Assembly: GCA_001822815.1 (NCBI GenBank)
Contig: MHSR01000008.1
Location: 49,602 to 113,601 of the forward strand
DNA length: 64,000 nt
Reading direction: 5' to 3'
Origin: Candidatus Terrybacteria bacterium RIFCSPHIGHO2_01_FULL_43_35
GTDB taxonomy: Bacteria > Patescibacteriota > Minisyncoccia > Terrybacterales > GWB1-40-14
Shown: in pieces, positions 26,444 to 35,689 of the stretch
Position numbering within the stretch: position 1 is the first letter of the stretch
Layout of the letters: the number at the start of each line of letters is the position of its first letter
Notes under the pieces: model-generated
Told to the model about the DNA's origin: nothing
Databases searched by the model: none
Seen by the model: only the letters and a program-made list of their open reading frames with translations
Translations under genes and position numbers: made by a program

Positions 26444-28298
26444 AGAAATCATTGCAGATGTATCGCGTCAAGACGATTCCAAGGGATTGCAGCTTGAAGT
26501 GCCTATCAATCGCCGCGCGCCACAAGTTTTATTATTAATTATCATAATAGTTTTTTCTTTGTTCTGGATTCGTACCGCGTGGTTGACCGTGTTTAAGGGT
26601 GCGCAATTGGCGGCTATCGCCGTCAAAAATACCGAGCGCATATTCCCAATTATTGCTCCTCGAGGCATAGTTTATGATCGTAATGGCGAAGAGTTGGTTA
26701 AAAATACAGCTTCGTTTCGGGTTATTGTTGACAGGACGCGTTTGCCGCAAGATAAAAGTGTTTTTTCCGCCCAAATTGAAAAAATTGCCGGAATATTGAG
26801 TATGTCGTTAGCGGATCTTGAAGATAAAATAATGCAGGCGCCTCAAGCGCCTTACTTCGTACTTTTACGCGAAATAACACAGGAGAATGCCGTAGCGTTA
26901 TCAGTATTTCAGTCGGAAAACGATATTTTCTGGCTAGACGTTGAGTCGGTTCCAAAACGAAAATATAAAGACGGCAGTTTTTTTTCGCATATTCTAGGTT
27001 ATACCGGTGAAATGACCAAAGATGACTTGGCTTCGCACAGCAACGCATTTTTGACAGAAGAAATAGGCAAGACCGGAGTAGAGTTTTCTTTTGATAATAT
27101 ATTACGAGGCATCACCGGAGAGCATGTATTTGTAGTCAATGCCGATGGTAAAACCAATCGTAATTTTGTAGCTCGTGAAAGCAAAAGCGGGGATAATATT
27201 CGTTTGAAGATAGATGCTAAACTTCAACGTGCTATTTATGCTTCTTTACAAAAAGAAACCAGGCAATCTGGGGCAAAAGCGGCTGCCGCGGTAGCTTTGG
27301 ACCCCAGGGATGGATCTGTCAGGGCTTTGGTTAGTCTGCCTGGTTTTGATAATAATGTTTTTTCGCAAGGAATAAGTAGCGAAGATTACAACAAGCTTAT
27401 ACAGGATAACGCCAAACCATTACTTAATAGGGTAATTAGTGGTCTTTACCCTGTCGGCTCTACAATAAAACCAATGGTCGGTTTGGCGGCTTTAGCCGAA
27501 AATGTTATCAGTCCCACTAAACGTATTTTTGATCCAGGTTTCATTACTGTAAAGAATATTTATAATCCTTCAATAACTTATACGTATAAAGACTGGCGCG
27601 CGCACGGTGGGATTAGTTTCGTGGATGCTATTGCGGAATCCTGTGATGTTTACTTTTATACCATCGGCGGAGGATATGGTGATGTCGTCGGTCTAGGGAT
27701 AGATCGTCTCGCGGCATGGCTAAAAAATTTCAATTTTGATCAGAAAACCGGAATAGATTTGTCGGGCGAATTGAGTGGTACGGTTCCGGATCCGGCCTGG
27801 AAACAGGAAAAAAAGAATGAGTCGTGGGTTTTGGGCGATACTTATCATTTATCCATTGGCCAAGGCGATTTTTTAGCGACGCCGCTTGAACTGGCCGTGG
27901 CAACGGCTGCTGTGGTCAACGACGGCACTATATACAAGCCCAACCTGGTGGACGCTATTATAAAATCCGATGGCACCGAAGACAAAAAAGCCTCTCAAGT
28001 AATCAAGTATATAGATGCGGATAAAGATTATTTTGATTTGGTTAAAAAAGGCATGCGGGGTACAGTGAATTCTCCGGAAGGGACGGCTAAACTTTTAGCG
28101 AATGTGAGCGTTCCGGTTTCAGCAAAAACCGGTACTGCGGAAGTCGGCAGTAAGGTACCGCATGCGTGGGTTACTGCTTTTGCGCCCTCTGATAATCCGG
28201 AGCTTGTAATTGCGATTATAATTGAGCATGCCGGCGAGGGGAGTGCATTTGCAGTACCAGTAGTCAGAGACGCCTTCGACGCTTATTTTACTAAATAA
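26418..28298 (+). CDS. mrdA: Penicillin-binding protein 2 (peptidoglycan D,D-transpeptidase)
   Basis: N-terminal TM. 'STIKP' (SxxK) is present, and 'KTGTAE' is consistent with the KTG triad, with a PBP dimerisation domain upstream. Confidence 0.85.
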   Translation: MKFPGTEFEEIIADVSRQDDSKGLQLEVPINRRAPQVLLLIIIIVFSLFWIRTAWLTVFKGAQLAAIAVKNTERIFPIIAPRGIVYDRNGEELVKNTASFRVIVDRTRLPQDKSVFSAQIEKIAGILSMSLADLEDKIMQAPQAPYFVLLREITQENAVALSVFQSENDIFWLDVESVPKRKYKDGSFFSHILGYTGEMTKDDLASHSNAFLTEEIGKTGVEFSFDNILRGITGEHVFVVNADGKTNRNFVARESKSGDNIRLKIDAKLQRAIYASLQKETRQSGAKAAAAVALDPRDGSVRALVSLPGFDNNVFSQGISSEDYNKLIQDNAKPLLNRVISGLYPVGSTIKPMVGLAALAENVISPTKRIFDPGFITVKNIYNPSITYTYKDWRAHGGISFVDAIAESCDVYFYTIGGGYGDVVGLGIDRLAAWLKNFNFDQKTGIDLSGELSGTVPDPAWKQEKKNESWVLGDTYHLSIGQGDFLATPLELAVATAAVVNDGTIYKPNLVDAIIKSDGTEDKKASQVIKYIDADKDYFDLVKKGMRGTVNSPEGTAKLLANVSVPVSAKTGTAEVGSKVPHAWVTAFAPSDNPELVIAIIIEHAGEGSAFAVPVVRDAFDAYFTK

Positions 28299-28601
28299 TG
28301 ATTTGACAGATCTTTCTTCTAGAAATGACCTTTCCGTTTGTTATCAACTCTTGACACATTTCTTGGTTTAGATACTATTGAGTATTAAGACCGCGCATTA
28401 GCGCGGCATTAAATTTAAATTAAGTTTATCCCTCGCTTTCGCCAGAGTCTTAATGACGTATAAGGACATTCGGCGCGGCTCGTGGGTAATATAAAAGGTA
28501 ATCCTTCGCTTCGCTCAGGTCTTCGACTCTTAAAGAGTCTCAGACTCGAGGAGATGCACGTGGTTGTATCCTCTCGTGTGGCTCGAGGACAACCACGGCA
28601 C

Positions 28602-29075
28602 ATGCCATCAAATTATATTACTAAAGACGGTTTAGAAAAATTGAAGCAGGAGCTTGAGGAACTAAAGACAGTCAAGCGACTAGAAATAGCCGAGAAACTT
28701 CAGAGGTCTATTGCTTTTGGTGATTTGTCTGAAAATGCCGAATATCAGGAAGCTAAAGAAGAGCAGGCTTTTCTTGAAGGCCGCATTGATGAACTTGAGG
28801 CTGCTGTTGAATCAGCTGTCATCATTGAAACAAATCACAATAACGGTTCCAGAGTCGTCTCCATTGGTTCTAAAGTTGTTGTTGAACAAACAAACCCGCC
28901 CGGCCCAAAATCAACTTTCGTTATTGTGGGTTCAGAAGAAGCGTCACCGTCTGAAGGCCGGATCTCTAATGCTTCACCCATAGGCATGATGCTCTTGGGG
29001 CACGGAGTAGAAGAAACCGTTTCGGCCAGAACGCCGGCAGGCGTAAAACAGTATAGGATTGTAAGTATTGAATAA
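28602..29075 (+). CDS. greA: Transcription elongation factor GreA
   Basis: 'ITKDGLEKLKQELEELKTVKRLEIAEKLQRSIAFGDLSENAEYQEAKEEQAFLEGRIDELE' is canonical GreA. Listed ORF 28482 adds an implausible 40-aa N-terminal extension that reads through a GC-rich leader. Confidence 0.85.
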   Translation: MPSNYITKDGLEKLKQELEELKTVKRLEIAEKLQRSIAFGDLSENAEYQEAKEEQAFLEGRIDELEAAVESAVIIETNHNNGSRVVSIGSKVVVEQTNPPGPKSTFVIVGSEEASPSEGRISNASPIGMMLLGHGVEETVSARTPAGVKQYRIVSIE

Positions 29076-29104
29076 CGCGAATACACCCAGCGATTTTTGA
29101 AGTT

Positions 29105-29141
29105 AAACGGTCCAAATAGTTATCGATGGACCGTTTTTGTT
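29105..29141 (+). terminator. Rho-independent terminator after greA (acggtcca...tggaccgt + ttttt)
   Basis: 8-bp stem plus T-run, 30 nt after the stop. Confidence 0.6.
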
Positions 29142-29188
29142 TAAGCCAGGTTTAAGATATAATAGATTTATATTCTAAATCTTAAAAA

Positions 29189-30658
29189 ATGGTTCAGCTC
29201 AACGATATAATTGCCGAACGCAGAAGGAAACGTGATGCCTTGAAATCACTTGGCGTAAATCCTTATCCAGCTGGAATTAAGCGTTCGCATGAAATCAAAA
29301 AAGCTATCGCGGATTTCGACGCGCTCTCAAAAAAGAAAACCAAAATCCGTCTTGCCGGGCGTGTTTTGCTTTTAAGGCCATATGGGGCGATAACTTTCAT
29401 GAAGATAGCCGATGGATCGGATGAAATACAGCTTCTTGTCCGTAGAGCCTCTCTAGACAAAAATCAGACCAAGTTTATGTCTTACGTGGATCTCGGCGAT
29501 TTCGTTGCCGTACGAGGCATTCTCGCTTTAAGCAAAAGCGGCGAAAAAACATTGGAAGTCGAAAATATTGAAATTATAACTAAAGCCCTGCGTTCGTTGC
29601 CCGATAAGTGGCATGGTTTAACGGACGTTGAAGAAAGATTCAGAAGACGGTATCTTGATCTTTTAATGAGTCAAGGAAATAAAAACCGTTTTATTTTGAG
29701 AGCTAAAATTTCAAATATAATCCGTGAACAGTTCATCAAGGACGGTTTTTTGGAAGTTGAAACACCCACCTTACAGAGCGTTCCTGCTGGCGCCGCAGCC
29801 CGGCCCTTTAAAACTCATCTCGCGGCCTTAGATATACCTCTTTACTTGCGTATTGCTCCCGAGCTGTATCTCAAAGAATTGCTGGTCGGAGGATTTGATA
29901 AGGTTTTTGAGATGGGCAGGATGTTCAGGAATGAAGGCATGGACGCCACGCATAATCCAGAATTCACGGCGCTTGAAGGTTATTGGGCTTATCAGGATGC
30001 GCAGGGCCTTATGGATTATCTTGAGAAATTTATAATTAAGGTACTTGATAAAAGCGGCGTTGGCAGAAAAATGATTTTTCGCGATCACAAAATAGAGTGG
30101 AATTTGTCTATCCCTAAAAAAAGTTTTAATGAAATAGTTAAAACCTATGCCAAAATAGATTTGGCAAAGTCAAATATAGAAGAAATTGCCGACGTATTGA
30201 TTAAAAGCGGGCATGATATTCCAAAAATAAAAACAGAGAGCGAGTTCTGTGAAGCTGTTTTCAAGAAGATGTGTTTGCCGCATTTGATACAGCCGATATT
30301 CGTTACCGAACATCCCTTGGCGCTCTCGCCTTTAGCCAAAAAGAAAGCTGGTAGCGATGTTGCTGACCGTTTCCAGCTTGTTGTCGGTGGTTTTGAGCTA
30401 ATCAACGGATATAGTGAATTGAATGACCCAGACGAACAGCGTGAACGTTTTGAAAAATCAGAAGCCGATATTGGCAAGGGTGCCCAGGAAGCCCAGCTTG
30501 GGGATGAAGATTTTGTTGAAGCCTTGGAATATGGCATGCCGCCTGCGGCCGGGTTTGGTATAGGCATGGATCGTTTAGTGATGTTGCTTACCGATTCGGC
30601 TAACATCAGAGAGGTGATTCTTTTCCCAACCATGCGGCCGAAGAAAAATGGAGAGTAG
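29189..30658 (+). CDS. lysS: Lysyl-tRNA synthetase (class II)
   Basis: N-terminal OB-fold anticodon-binding region and class-II core ('FLEVETPTLQ...', 'FRNEGMDATHNPEFT', 'GFGIGMDRLVMLLT'). Confidence 0.9.
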   Translation: MVQLNDIIAERRRKRDALKSLGVNPYPAGIKRSHEIKKAIADFDALSKKKTKIRLAGRVLLLRPYGAITFMKIADGSDEIQLLVRRASLDKNQTKFMSYVDLGDFVAVRGILALSKSGEKTLEVENIEIITKALRSLPDKWHGLTDVEERFRRRYLDLLMSQGNKNRFILRAKISNIIREQFIKDGFLEVETPTLQSVPAGAAARPFKTHLAALDIPLYLRIAPELYLKELLVGGFDKVFEMGRMFRNEGMDATHNPEFTALEGYWAYQDAQGLMDYLEKFIIKVLDKSGVGRKMIFRDHKIEWNLSIPKKSFNEIVKTYAKIDLAKSNIEEIADVLIKSGHDIPKIKTESEFCEAVFKKMCLPHLIQPIFVTEHPLALSPLAKKKAGSDVADRFQLVVGGFELINGYSELNDPDEQRERFEKSEADIGKGAQEAQLGDEDFVEALEYGMPPAAGFGIGMDRLVMLLTDSANIREVILFPTMRPKKNGE

Positions 30659-30790
30659 ATGCAAGCAACAATTCTGTTCGCGTCTACAAGGAATCCCTCC
30701 ATACCGAAAGCCGTTCCAGCAAGAGGTTCGTGGCCTTAATGACGCTCACAGAACAGTTGCTTGAATTAAGATGATCTTAAGGCTTTATAT

Positions 30791-31399
30791 ATGCGTTTGA
30801 TTTTGGCAACCAAAAACCAGGGGAAATTACAGGAGATGAGAGAGGTTATGTCGGGTTTACCGTTTGAGTTGGTTTCGCTTCAAGAGTTGGGTGATATCGA
30901 TAAGGTTGAAGAGGACGGTGCAACATTCCTGGATAACGCGCTTATCAAGGCGCGTTATTTTGCGACGAAATACAAATGTCCCGCGCTGGCCGATGATGGT
31001 GGACTTGAAATTGATGTTTTGGGAGGGGAGCCGGGAGTGCGCACGCGCCGTTGGCCTGGATACGAAGCAAGCGATGAGGAACTTATAGATTATACTTTAG
31101 AAAAACTCAAAGGTGTTCCTTTTGAAAAACGCACTGCGCGGTTAACCACTGTTGTAGCTGTTGCTTTTCTGGATGGTTCTTTTATCTCCGCAACTTCAAG
31201 CAGGGGAGGTATTATTTCCGAAAAACCGCATCCCAAGCGTCAGGAGGGTTATCCGTTCCGGTCTTTGCATATCTTGCCAGAGTTGAACAAGTTTTATATA
31301 GAACTTACCGAAGAAGAAAATCAGAAACTTAATCATCGTCGGGAGGCACTTAATATTTTGCGCATGGAACTGGAAGAAAACCCTCTGCTTGACATATAA
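30791..31399 (+). CDS. rdgB: Non-canonical purine NTP pyrophosphatase (Ham1/RdgB family)
   Basis: 'LILATKNQGKLQEMREV', 'DDGGLEIDVLGGEPGVRTRRW'; ~200 aa. Confidence 0.85.
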   Translation: MRLILATKNQGKLQEMREVMSGLPFELVSLQELGDIDKVEEDGATFLDNALIKARYFATKYKCPALADDGGLEIDVLGGEPGVRTRRWPGYEASDEELIDYTLEKLKGVPFEKRTARLTTVVAVAFLDGSFISATSSRGGIISEKPHPKRQEGYPFRSLHILPELNKFYIELTEEENQKLNHRREALNILRMELEENPLLDI

Positions 31400-31417
31400 T
31401 AAAATATTTGATATAAT
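31389..31417 (+). promoter_or_regulatory. Consensus sigma70-type promoter TTGACA-17-TATAAT overlapping the rdgB stop codon and driving the GC-rich cassette gene
   Basis: 'cTTGACAtataataaaatatttgaTATAATa': perfect -35 and -10 with a 17-nt spacer. Confidence 0.5.
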
Positions 31418-31518
31418 ATAAGCACATGTTAAGTAGCATGTCGCTTGCGGCGTTATGCCGTAGGTTAGAGCCGTTCTGTCTGGGCTAACACGGGCAGAGA
31501 AATCAAGGAGGTGCCGTG

Positions 31519-31998
31519 ATGGCATCAGGCAGCGACGTACTCAGCAGGATCAGAGATCGTGAGGACGGGGTCAACGAGTCCAAACCGTACTTCGCGATCA
31601 CGAACGCTCCCGGTCCTTTCCGTCTCTTGACCACAATGATCGAGATGTACGAGAAGCACGGGAATTCCCACGTCGTGGATCTCACGGTGCGGGCGATCTT
31701 GGACTCAGGTCTAGAATTGCTCGGCCACGATCGGGAATTCAAGATTCCCTTCGAGTTCGTGCTTCAAGGACCGACCACCAGCGTAGGCCACGGTTCTGAT
31801 CAGCCCAGGAACATCCGATTGCTCGGACGGTTCCTGATCACGAACCACGTGCAGAGTGGCTACTCTCCATACGTCGATCCGCGGAAAGCGGCTCCGGTGC
31901 TTGATGAGTGGCAGTGGGAAGCCATCTTCAACCCAGAGACTCGCAAGGGGCTGGTGCTCAGGCTCAAGGAACCTCTTCCTTGGGAATGGACCCTCTAG
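31519..31998 (+). CDS. Hypothetical 160-aa protein with foreign (GC-rich) composition, in a self-contained cassette
   Basis: Strong RBS 'AAGGAGG' 7 nt before the ATG (a GTG 3 nt upstream is also in frame). Codons end mainly in G or C, unlike the neighbours. No TM segment or recognisable motif. Followed by a strong terminator. Confidence 0.6.
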   Translation: MASGSDVLSRIRDREDGVNESKPYFAITNAPGPFRLLTTMIEMYEKHGNSHVVDLTVRAILDSGLELLGHDREFKIPFEFVLQGPTTSVGHGSDQPRNIRLLGRFLITNHVQSGYSPYVDPRKAAPVLDEWQWEAIFNPETRKGLVLRLKEPLPWEWTL

Positions 31999-32038
31999 TT
32001 CGTTCAATTAGGTATAGCTCCTACCTCAAACAGGAGCA

Positions 32039-32070
32039 GGGCGTAACGCTTCGGGCGACGCCCTTTTTCT
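32039..32070 (+). terminator. Rho-independent terminator (gggcgtaacgcttcgggcgacgccc + ttttt)
   Basis: GC-rich hairpin plus T-run ends the GC-rich cassette before serS. Confidence 0.65.
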
Positions 32071-32119
32071 TTGGTCTGGAATTAATATAACAAATTTGAA
32101 AAAATGATATTTTTAGCGT

Positions 32120-33376
32120 ATGCTTTCTATTGTTATGCTTGATATTAAACTAATTCGCGAAAATCCAGAAATAGTCAAAGACGCCATTTTAAAGAAGGGC
32201 GTTAAAGTTGATTTGGACAAAATAATCCTTTTGGACAAGCAGAAACGAGAACTTTTGACTGAAGTTGAACAATTGCGTGCCCGCCAGAAAAAAGAAGGCA
32301 CAGCTTCTGCGCGTCAGGCAATGCAGGAGCTAAAGTCAGAGATTAAAAACAAAGAAGAAGCTCTGTCTAAGATAGAGCCGGAGCTTGAAATGCTCCTGTT
32401 GGAATTGCCCAATATTCCAAATGCTGATGTACCTGAAGGCAAAGACGAAACCGGGAATGTTGTCGTACGCGAAGCCGGCTCCAAAAGAGAATTCTCATTT
32501 AAGCCGCTTTCATATATAGAGTTGGCCCAGAAGCATGAACTTATTGATACCGAGCGCGCCGGCAAAGTTTCTGGAAGCCGCTTTGGTTATCTGCTTCGCG
32601 AGGCCGCGTTAATTGAAATGGCGCTTGTGCGTTATGCTTATGATATTTTGCTTAAAGAAGAATTTATTCCGGTTATTCCTCCGGTGATGATTAAACCCGA
32701 TGTTTACCGCGGTATGGGCCGCTTAACTCGCGCACAGGAAGAGGAAAGGTATTATTTGCCTGCCGATGATTTATATCTTACAGGTAGCTCCGAGCACACC
32801 ATAGGACCGTTTCATGCCGATGAAATATTTAATATTAAAGATTTACCAAAGCGTTATGTGGGTTTCTCCTCGTGTTTTCGAAGGGAGGCCGGTTCATACG
32901 GCAAGGATACCAAGGGCATATTGCGTGTACACCAGTTTGATAAGGTTGAAATGTTCTCTTTTGTCTTGCCGGAAAATTCGTCCGCGGAACTTGAAAATTT
33001 AGTTAGCTTTCAGGAAAAGCTATATTCCGGTCTCAAGATTCCCTACAGAGTTGTTTCTATATGCGCGGGCGATATGGGCTTTACTGACGCCAAACAATAC
33101 GACATAGAGGCCTGGCTTCCTGGACAGGATGACGGACTTGGGCAATACCGCGAAACTCATTCTGCTTCAAATACAACAGATTTTCAAGCCAGAGGCGAAA
33201 ATATAAAATACCGCGCCATCAACGGTAAAACAGATTACGTGCATATGTTAAACGCTACCACTCTGGCGCTAGGCCGCACCATAATTGCCATACTTGAGAA
33301 TTATCAGAATAAGGATGGTTCAGTTGACATGCCGGAAGCGCTCGTGCCGTATCTTGGTTTTGATACGATAAAATAA
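32120..33376 (+). CDS. serS: Seryl-tRNA synthetase
   Basis: N-terminal coiled-coil arm and class-II core ('FRREAGSYGKDTKGILRVHQFDKVE', 'TTLALGRTIIAILENYQ'). Confidence 0.9.
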   Translation: MLSIVMLDIKLIRENPEIVKDAILKKGVKVDLDKIILLDKQKRELLTEVEQLRARQKKEGTASARQAMQELKSEIKNKEEALSKIEPELEMLLLELPNIPNADVPEGKDETGNVVVREAGSKREFSFKPLSYIELAQKHELIDTERAGKVSGSRFGYLLREAALIEMALVRYAYDILLKEEFIPVIPPVMIKPDVYRGMGRLTRAQEEERYYLPADDLYLTGSSEHTIGPFHADEIFNIKDLPKRYVGFSSCFRREAGSYGKDTKGILRVHQFDKVEMFSFVLPENSSAELENLVSFQEKLYSGLKIPYRVVSICAGDMGFTDAKQYDIEAWLPGQDDGLGQYRETHSASNTTDFQARGENIKYRAINGKTDYVHMLNATTLALGRTIIAILENYQNKDGSVDMPEALVPYLGFDTIK

Positions 33377-33386
33377 TTTTAGAATT

Positions 33387-33950
33387 ATGTTGGGACATAC
33401 AGATTTAACCGTGGGAACGGTATTTGTCATGGACGGCGATCCGTGGCAAGTAATGGAAACTCAATTCGTTAAAATGGCTCAGCGCACCGGGCATGTGCAG
33501 GCGAAGATAAAGAATTTACGCACCGGCTCCATGCTTTCGCGTGCCTTCAAGCAGGCAGATCGTTTTGAAGAAGCCGATTTGGAAACCATCAAATCAATGT
33601 TTGTTTTTGCGCATCGCGGCAAATATGTTTTCGCCGAAATCGCTAATCCTAAGAATCGCTTTGAATTTACGGAAGAACAGGTTGGCGATAATAAATATTA
33701 TCTTAAAAACAATCTTGAAGTCGGCGCCATGAAATTTCAAGGACAGTTCATTGGTATAATCGTCCCACCTAAAGTTGATCTTAAAGTTACAGAGGCTGCG
33801 CCTGGCGTTAGAGGTAATAGCGCGCAGGGCGGCACCAAAACCGTAGTTTGTGAGAGCGGTCTTGAACTGACAACTCCTCTGTTTATTGAAGAAGGAGATA
33901 TAATCAGAGTAAATACCAAAACCGGAGAATACGTTGAAAGAGCGAAATAA
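33387..33950 (+). CDS. efp: Elongation factor P
   Basis: 187 aa; KOW-like N-terminus 'GTVFVMDGDPWQVMETQFVKMAQRTGHVQAKIKNLRTG' and EF-P OB domains. Confidence 0.9.
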   Translation: MLGHTDLTVGTVFVMDGDPWQVMETQFVKMAQRTGHVQAKIKNLRTGSMLSRAFKQADRFEEADLETIKSMFVFAHRGKYVFAEIANPKNRFEFTEEQVGDNKYYLKNNLEVGAMKFQGQFIGIIVPPKVDLKVTEAAPGVRGNSAQGGTKTVVCESGLELTTPLFIEEGDIIRVNTKTGEYVERAK

Positions 33951-34021
33951 TCTTCAGATAAAAAACAAAAACCCGTCCAGCTCTAATTTTTTTAAAATTA
34001 GGGCGTGGGCGGGTAATATTT

Positions 34022-34444
34022 TTAGCGGTGAAGGAGGCCCCCGGTCTTTTCAAGTCCGTTTGAGATGAGAGTCACAAGAAGTTTGACCGCGGCTTTCAAG
34101 AGTCGGTAAATCATACGCGGAATAAAGGTAAGTATTTTAACTGCTATAGCTACTGGCTTTTTATTTAGGAAAGCTTCTATAATTAGATATATGGCCGCAT
34201 TAACGGTCCAAAAGAACGTTAACCAGCCCAGTAGCAAACCCAAGGCGAATTTCCTTTTTTGTTCCGGTGTAAGTTCTTGTTCATGTACATACCAAGCAAA
34301 CCGCATACAGCAGAATCCGATCAATGGCCACATTATTGCCAACCATATCCAAAGTTGCAGACCAAAGAATACGGTTTGAGTTAAGGCTTCATAAGCCAAT
34401 GTCATAGCCTTAAGCATCAAGGCGATAATGTCTAAGAAAGACAT
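34022..34444 (-). CDS. Hypothetical small membrane protein (4 TM)
   Basis: Hydrophobic helices throughout; convergent with efp, with a hairpin between them. Confidence 0.35.
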   Translation of the reverse strand: MSFLDIIALMLKAMTLAYEALTQTVFFGLQLWIWLAIMWPLIGFCCMRFAWYVHEQELTPEQKRKFALGLLLGWLTFFWTVNAAIYLIIEAFLNKKPVAIAVKILTFIPRMIYRLLKAAVKLLVTLISNGLEKTGGLLHR

Positions 34445-34524
34445 TTTTGCTCCTTCGTGATATCAATGTGCCCTGTTTAATGTTTTACAATCATAATCGG
34501 ATATAGTCAATAACTAGAGATCGA

Positions 34525-35685
34525 ATGAATGCTAAGGTAAATCACAATTTAAGAAATTGGGTGGAAATATCCAAATCGGCTCTTCTGTCAAGCATATATT
34601 CTTTCCGTTCAATAATCGGTCAAGATATTGCCTTAATGGCCGTGGTTAAGGCCAATGCTTATGGCCACGGTTTAAATATTATTACGCCGCTGGTGCAGGA
34701 AGCAGGTAGCGTATCTTGGTTGGGAGTCGACTCCCTAAGCGAAGCATTGGCATGCAGAGAAAGCGGCGCCTCCTTGCCAATTCTTATTCTTGGCTATACC
34801 ACGCGCGAAGATTTGTCTAATATAGTGAATTATGATTTTCGCCAAGCGGTTTATGATCTGGCCACATTGAACGTTATTTCTTTTGAAGCTAAACGTCTGG
34901 ATAAAAAAGCGTTTGTGCATTTAAAAATAGAAACCGGAACCAATCGTCAGGGCGTAGGGCCGGATGAGCTTGATCCTTTTATAGAGTTTTTTAATGAACA
35001 TCCCGAAGTGATACTTGAGGGTGTTTACACGCATTTTGCCGATGTGGAATCAGAAGATAATTTTGCTTATGCCCAGCAGCAATTGGCCGAATATCAACGC
35101 GCGCTGCAATTTCTCATAGACGGTAGTATTAATATTCCTTTCCGCCATACAGCCTCATCGGCCGCTATACTTCTTGTACCGGAATCGCATCTTAATATGG
35201 TTCGGTTGGGTATTTCATTGTATGGCTTGTGGCCGTCTAAAGACACAAAGGAGAAATTTTTAAACACTGGCCGCAAAATGAATTTATCTCCAGTTTTGCA
35301 ATGGAAGACGGTTATTGCCCAGGTTAAAAACATTAAAAAAGACCAGCCTATAGGTTACGGTCTAACTGAACGCGTAAGCCGTGATTCGGTTATAGCCGTT
35401 TTACCGGTAGGTTATTACGACGGTTATGATCGCAAACTTTCTTCGGTGGGTGAGGTTTTGGTCCATGGCGCTCGCGCCAAAGTTCTGGGCCGAATATGCA
35501 TGAATATGTTTATGATTGATATAACGGATATCGATGGCGTCATGCCCGAAGATGAAGTGGTTTTGCTTGGGTCACAAGGCGCGGAAAACATAACCGCCGA
35601 AGAATTGGCTCAAAAAGTAGATACCATCAATTATGAAATAGTCGCGCGTATAAATCCATTAATTCCGCGTATTATCGTAGATTAG
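34525..35685 (+). CDS. alr: Alanine racemase
   Basis: PLP-binding 'AVVKANAYGHG' motif near the N-terminus; ~386 aa. Confidence 0.85.
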   Translation: MNAKVNHNLRNWVEISKSALLSSIYSFRSIIGQDIALMAVVKANAYGHGLNIITPLVQEAGSVSWLGVDSLSEALACRESGASLPILILGYTTREDLSNIVNYDFRQAVYDLATLNVISFEAKRLDKKAFVHLKIETGTNRQGVGPDELDPFIEFFNEHPEVILEGVYTHFADVESEDNFAYAQQQLAEYQRALQFLIDGSINIPFRHTASSAAILLVPESHLNMVRLGISLYGLWPSKDTKEKFLNTGRKMNLSPVLQWKTVIAQVKNIKKDQPIGYGLTERVSRDSVIAVLPVGYYDGYDRKLSSVGEVLVHGARAKVLGRICMNMFMIDITDIDGVMPEDEVVLLGSQGAENITAEELAQKVDTINYEIVARINPLIPRIIVD

Positions 35686-35689
35686 TATT

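Noticed and set aside
28482-28601. N-terminal 40-aa extension of greA in the listed ORF
   Set aside because: It reads through a GC-rich structured leader, and the canonical GreA start 'MPSNYITKDG' begins at 28602.
30145-30702. 185-aa minus-strand ORF
   Set aside because: It lies entirely antisense to lysS, has a Ser/Ala-rich low-complexity composition and no start context. It is a typical shadow ORF.
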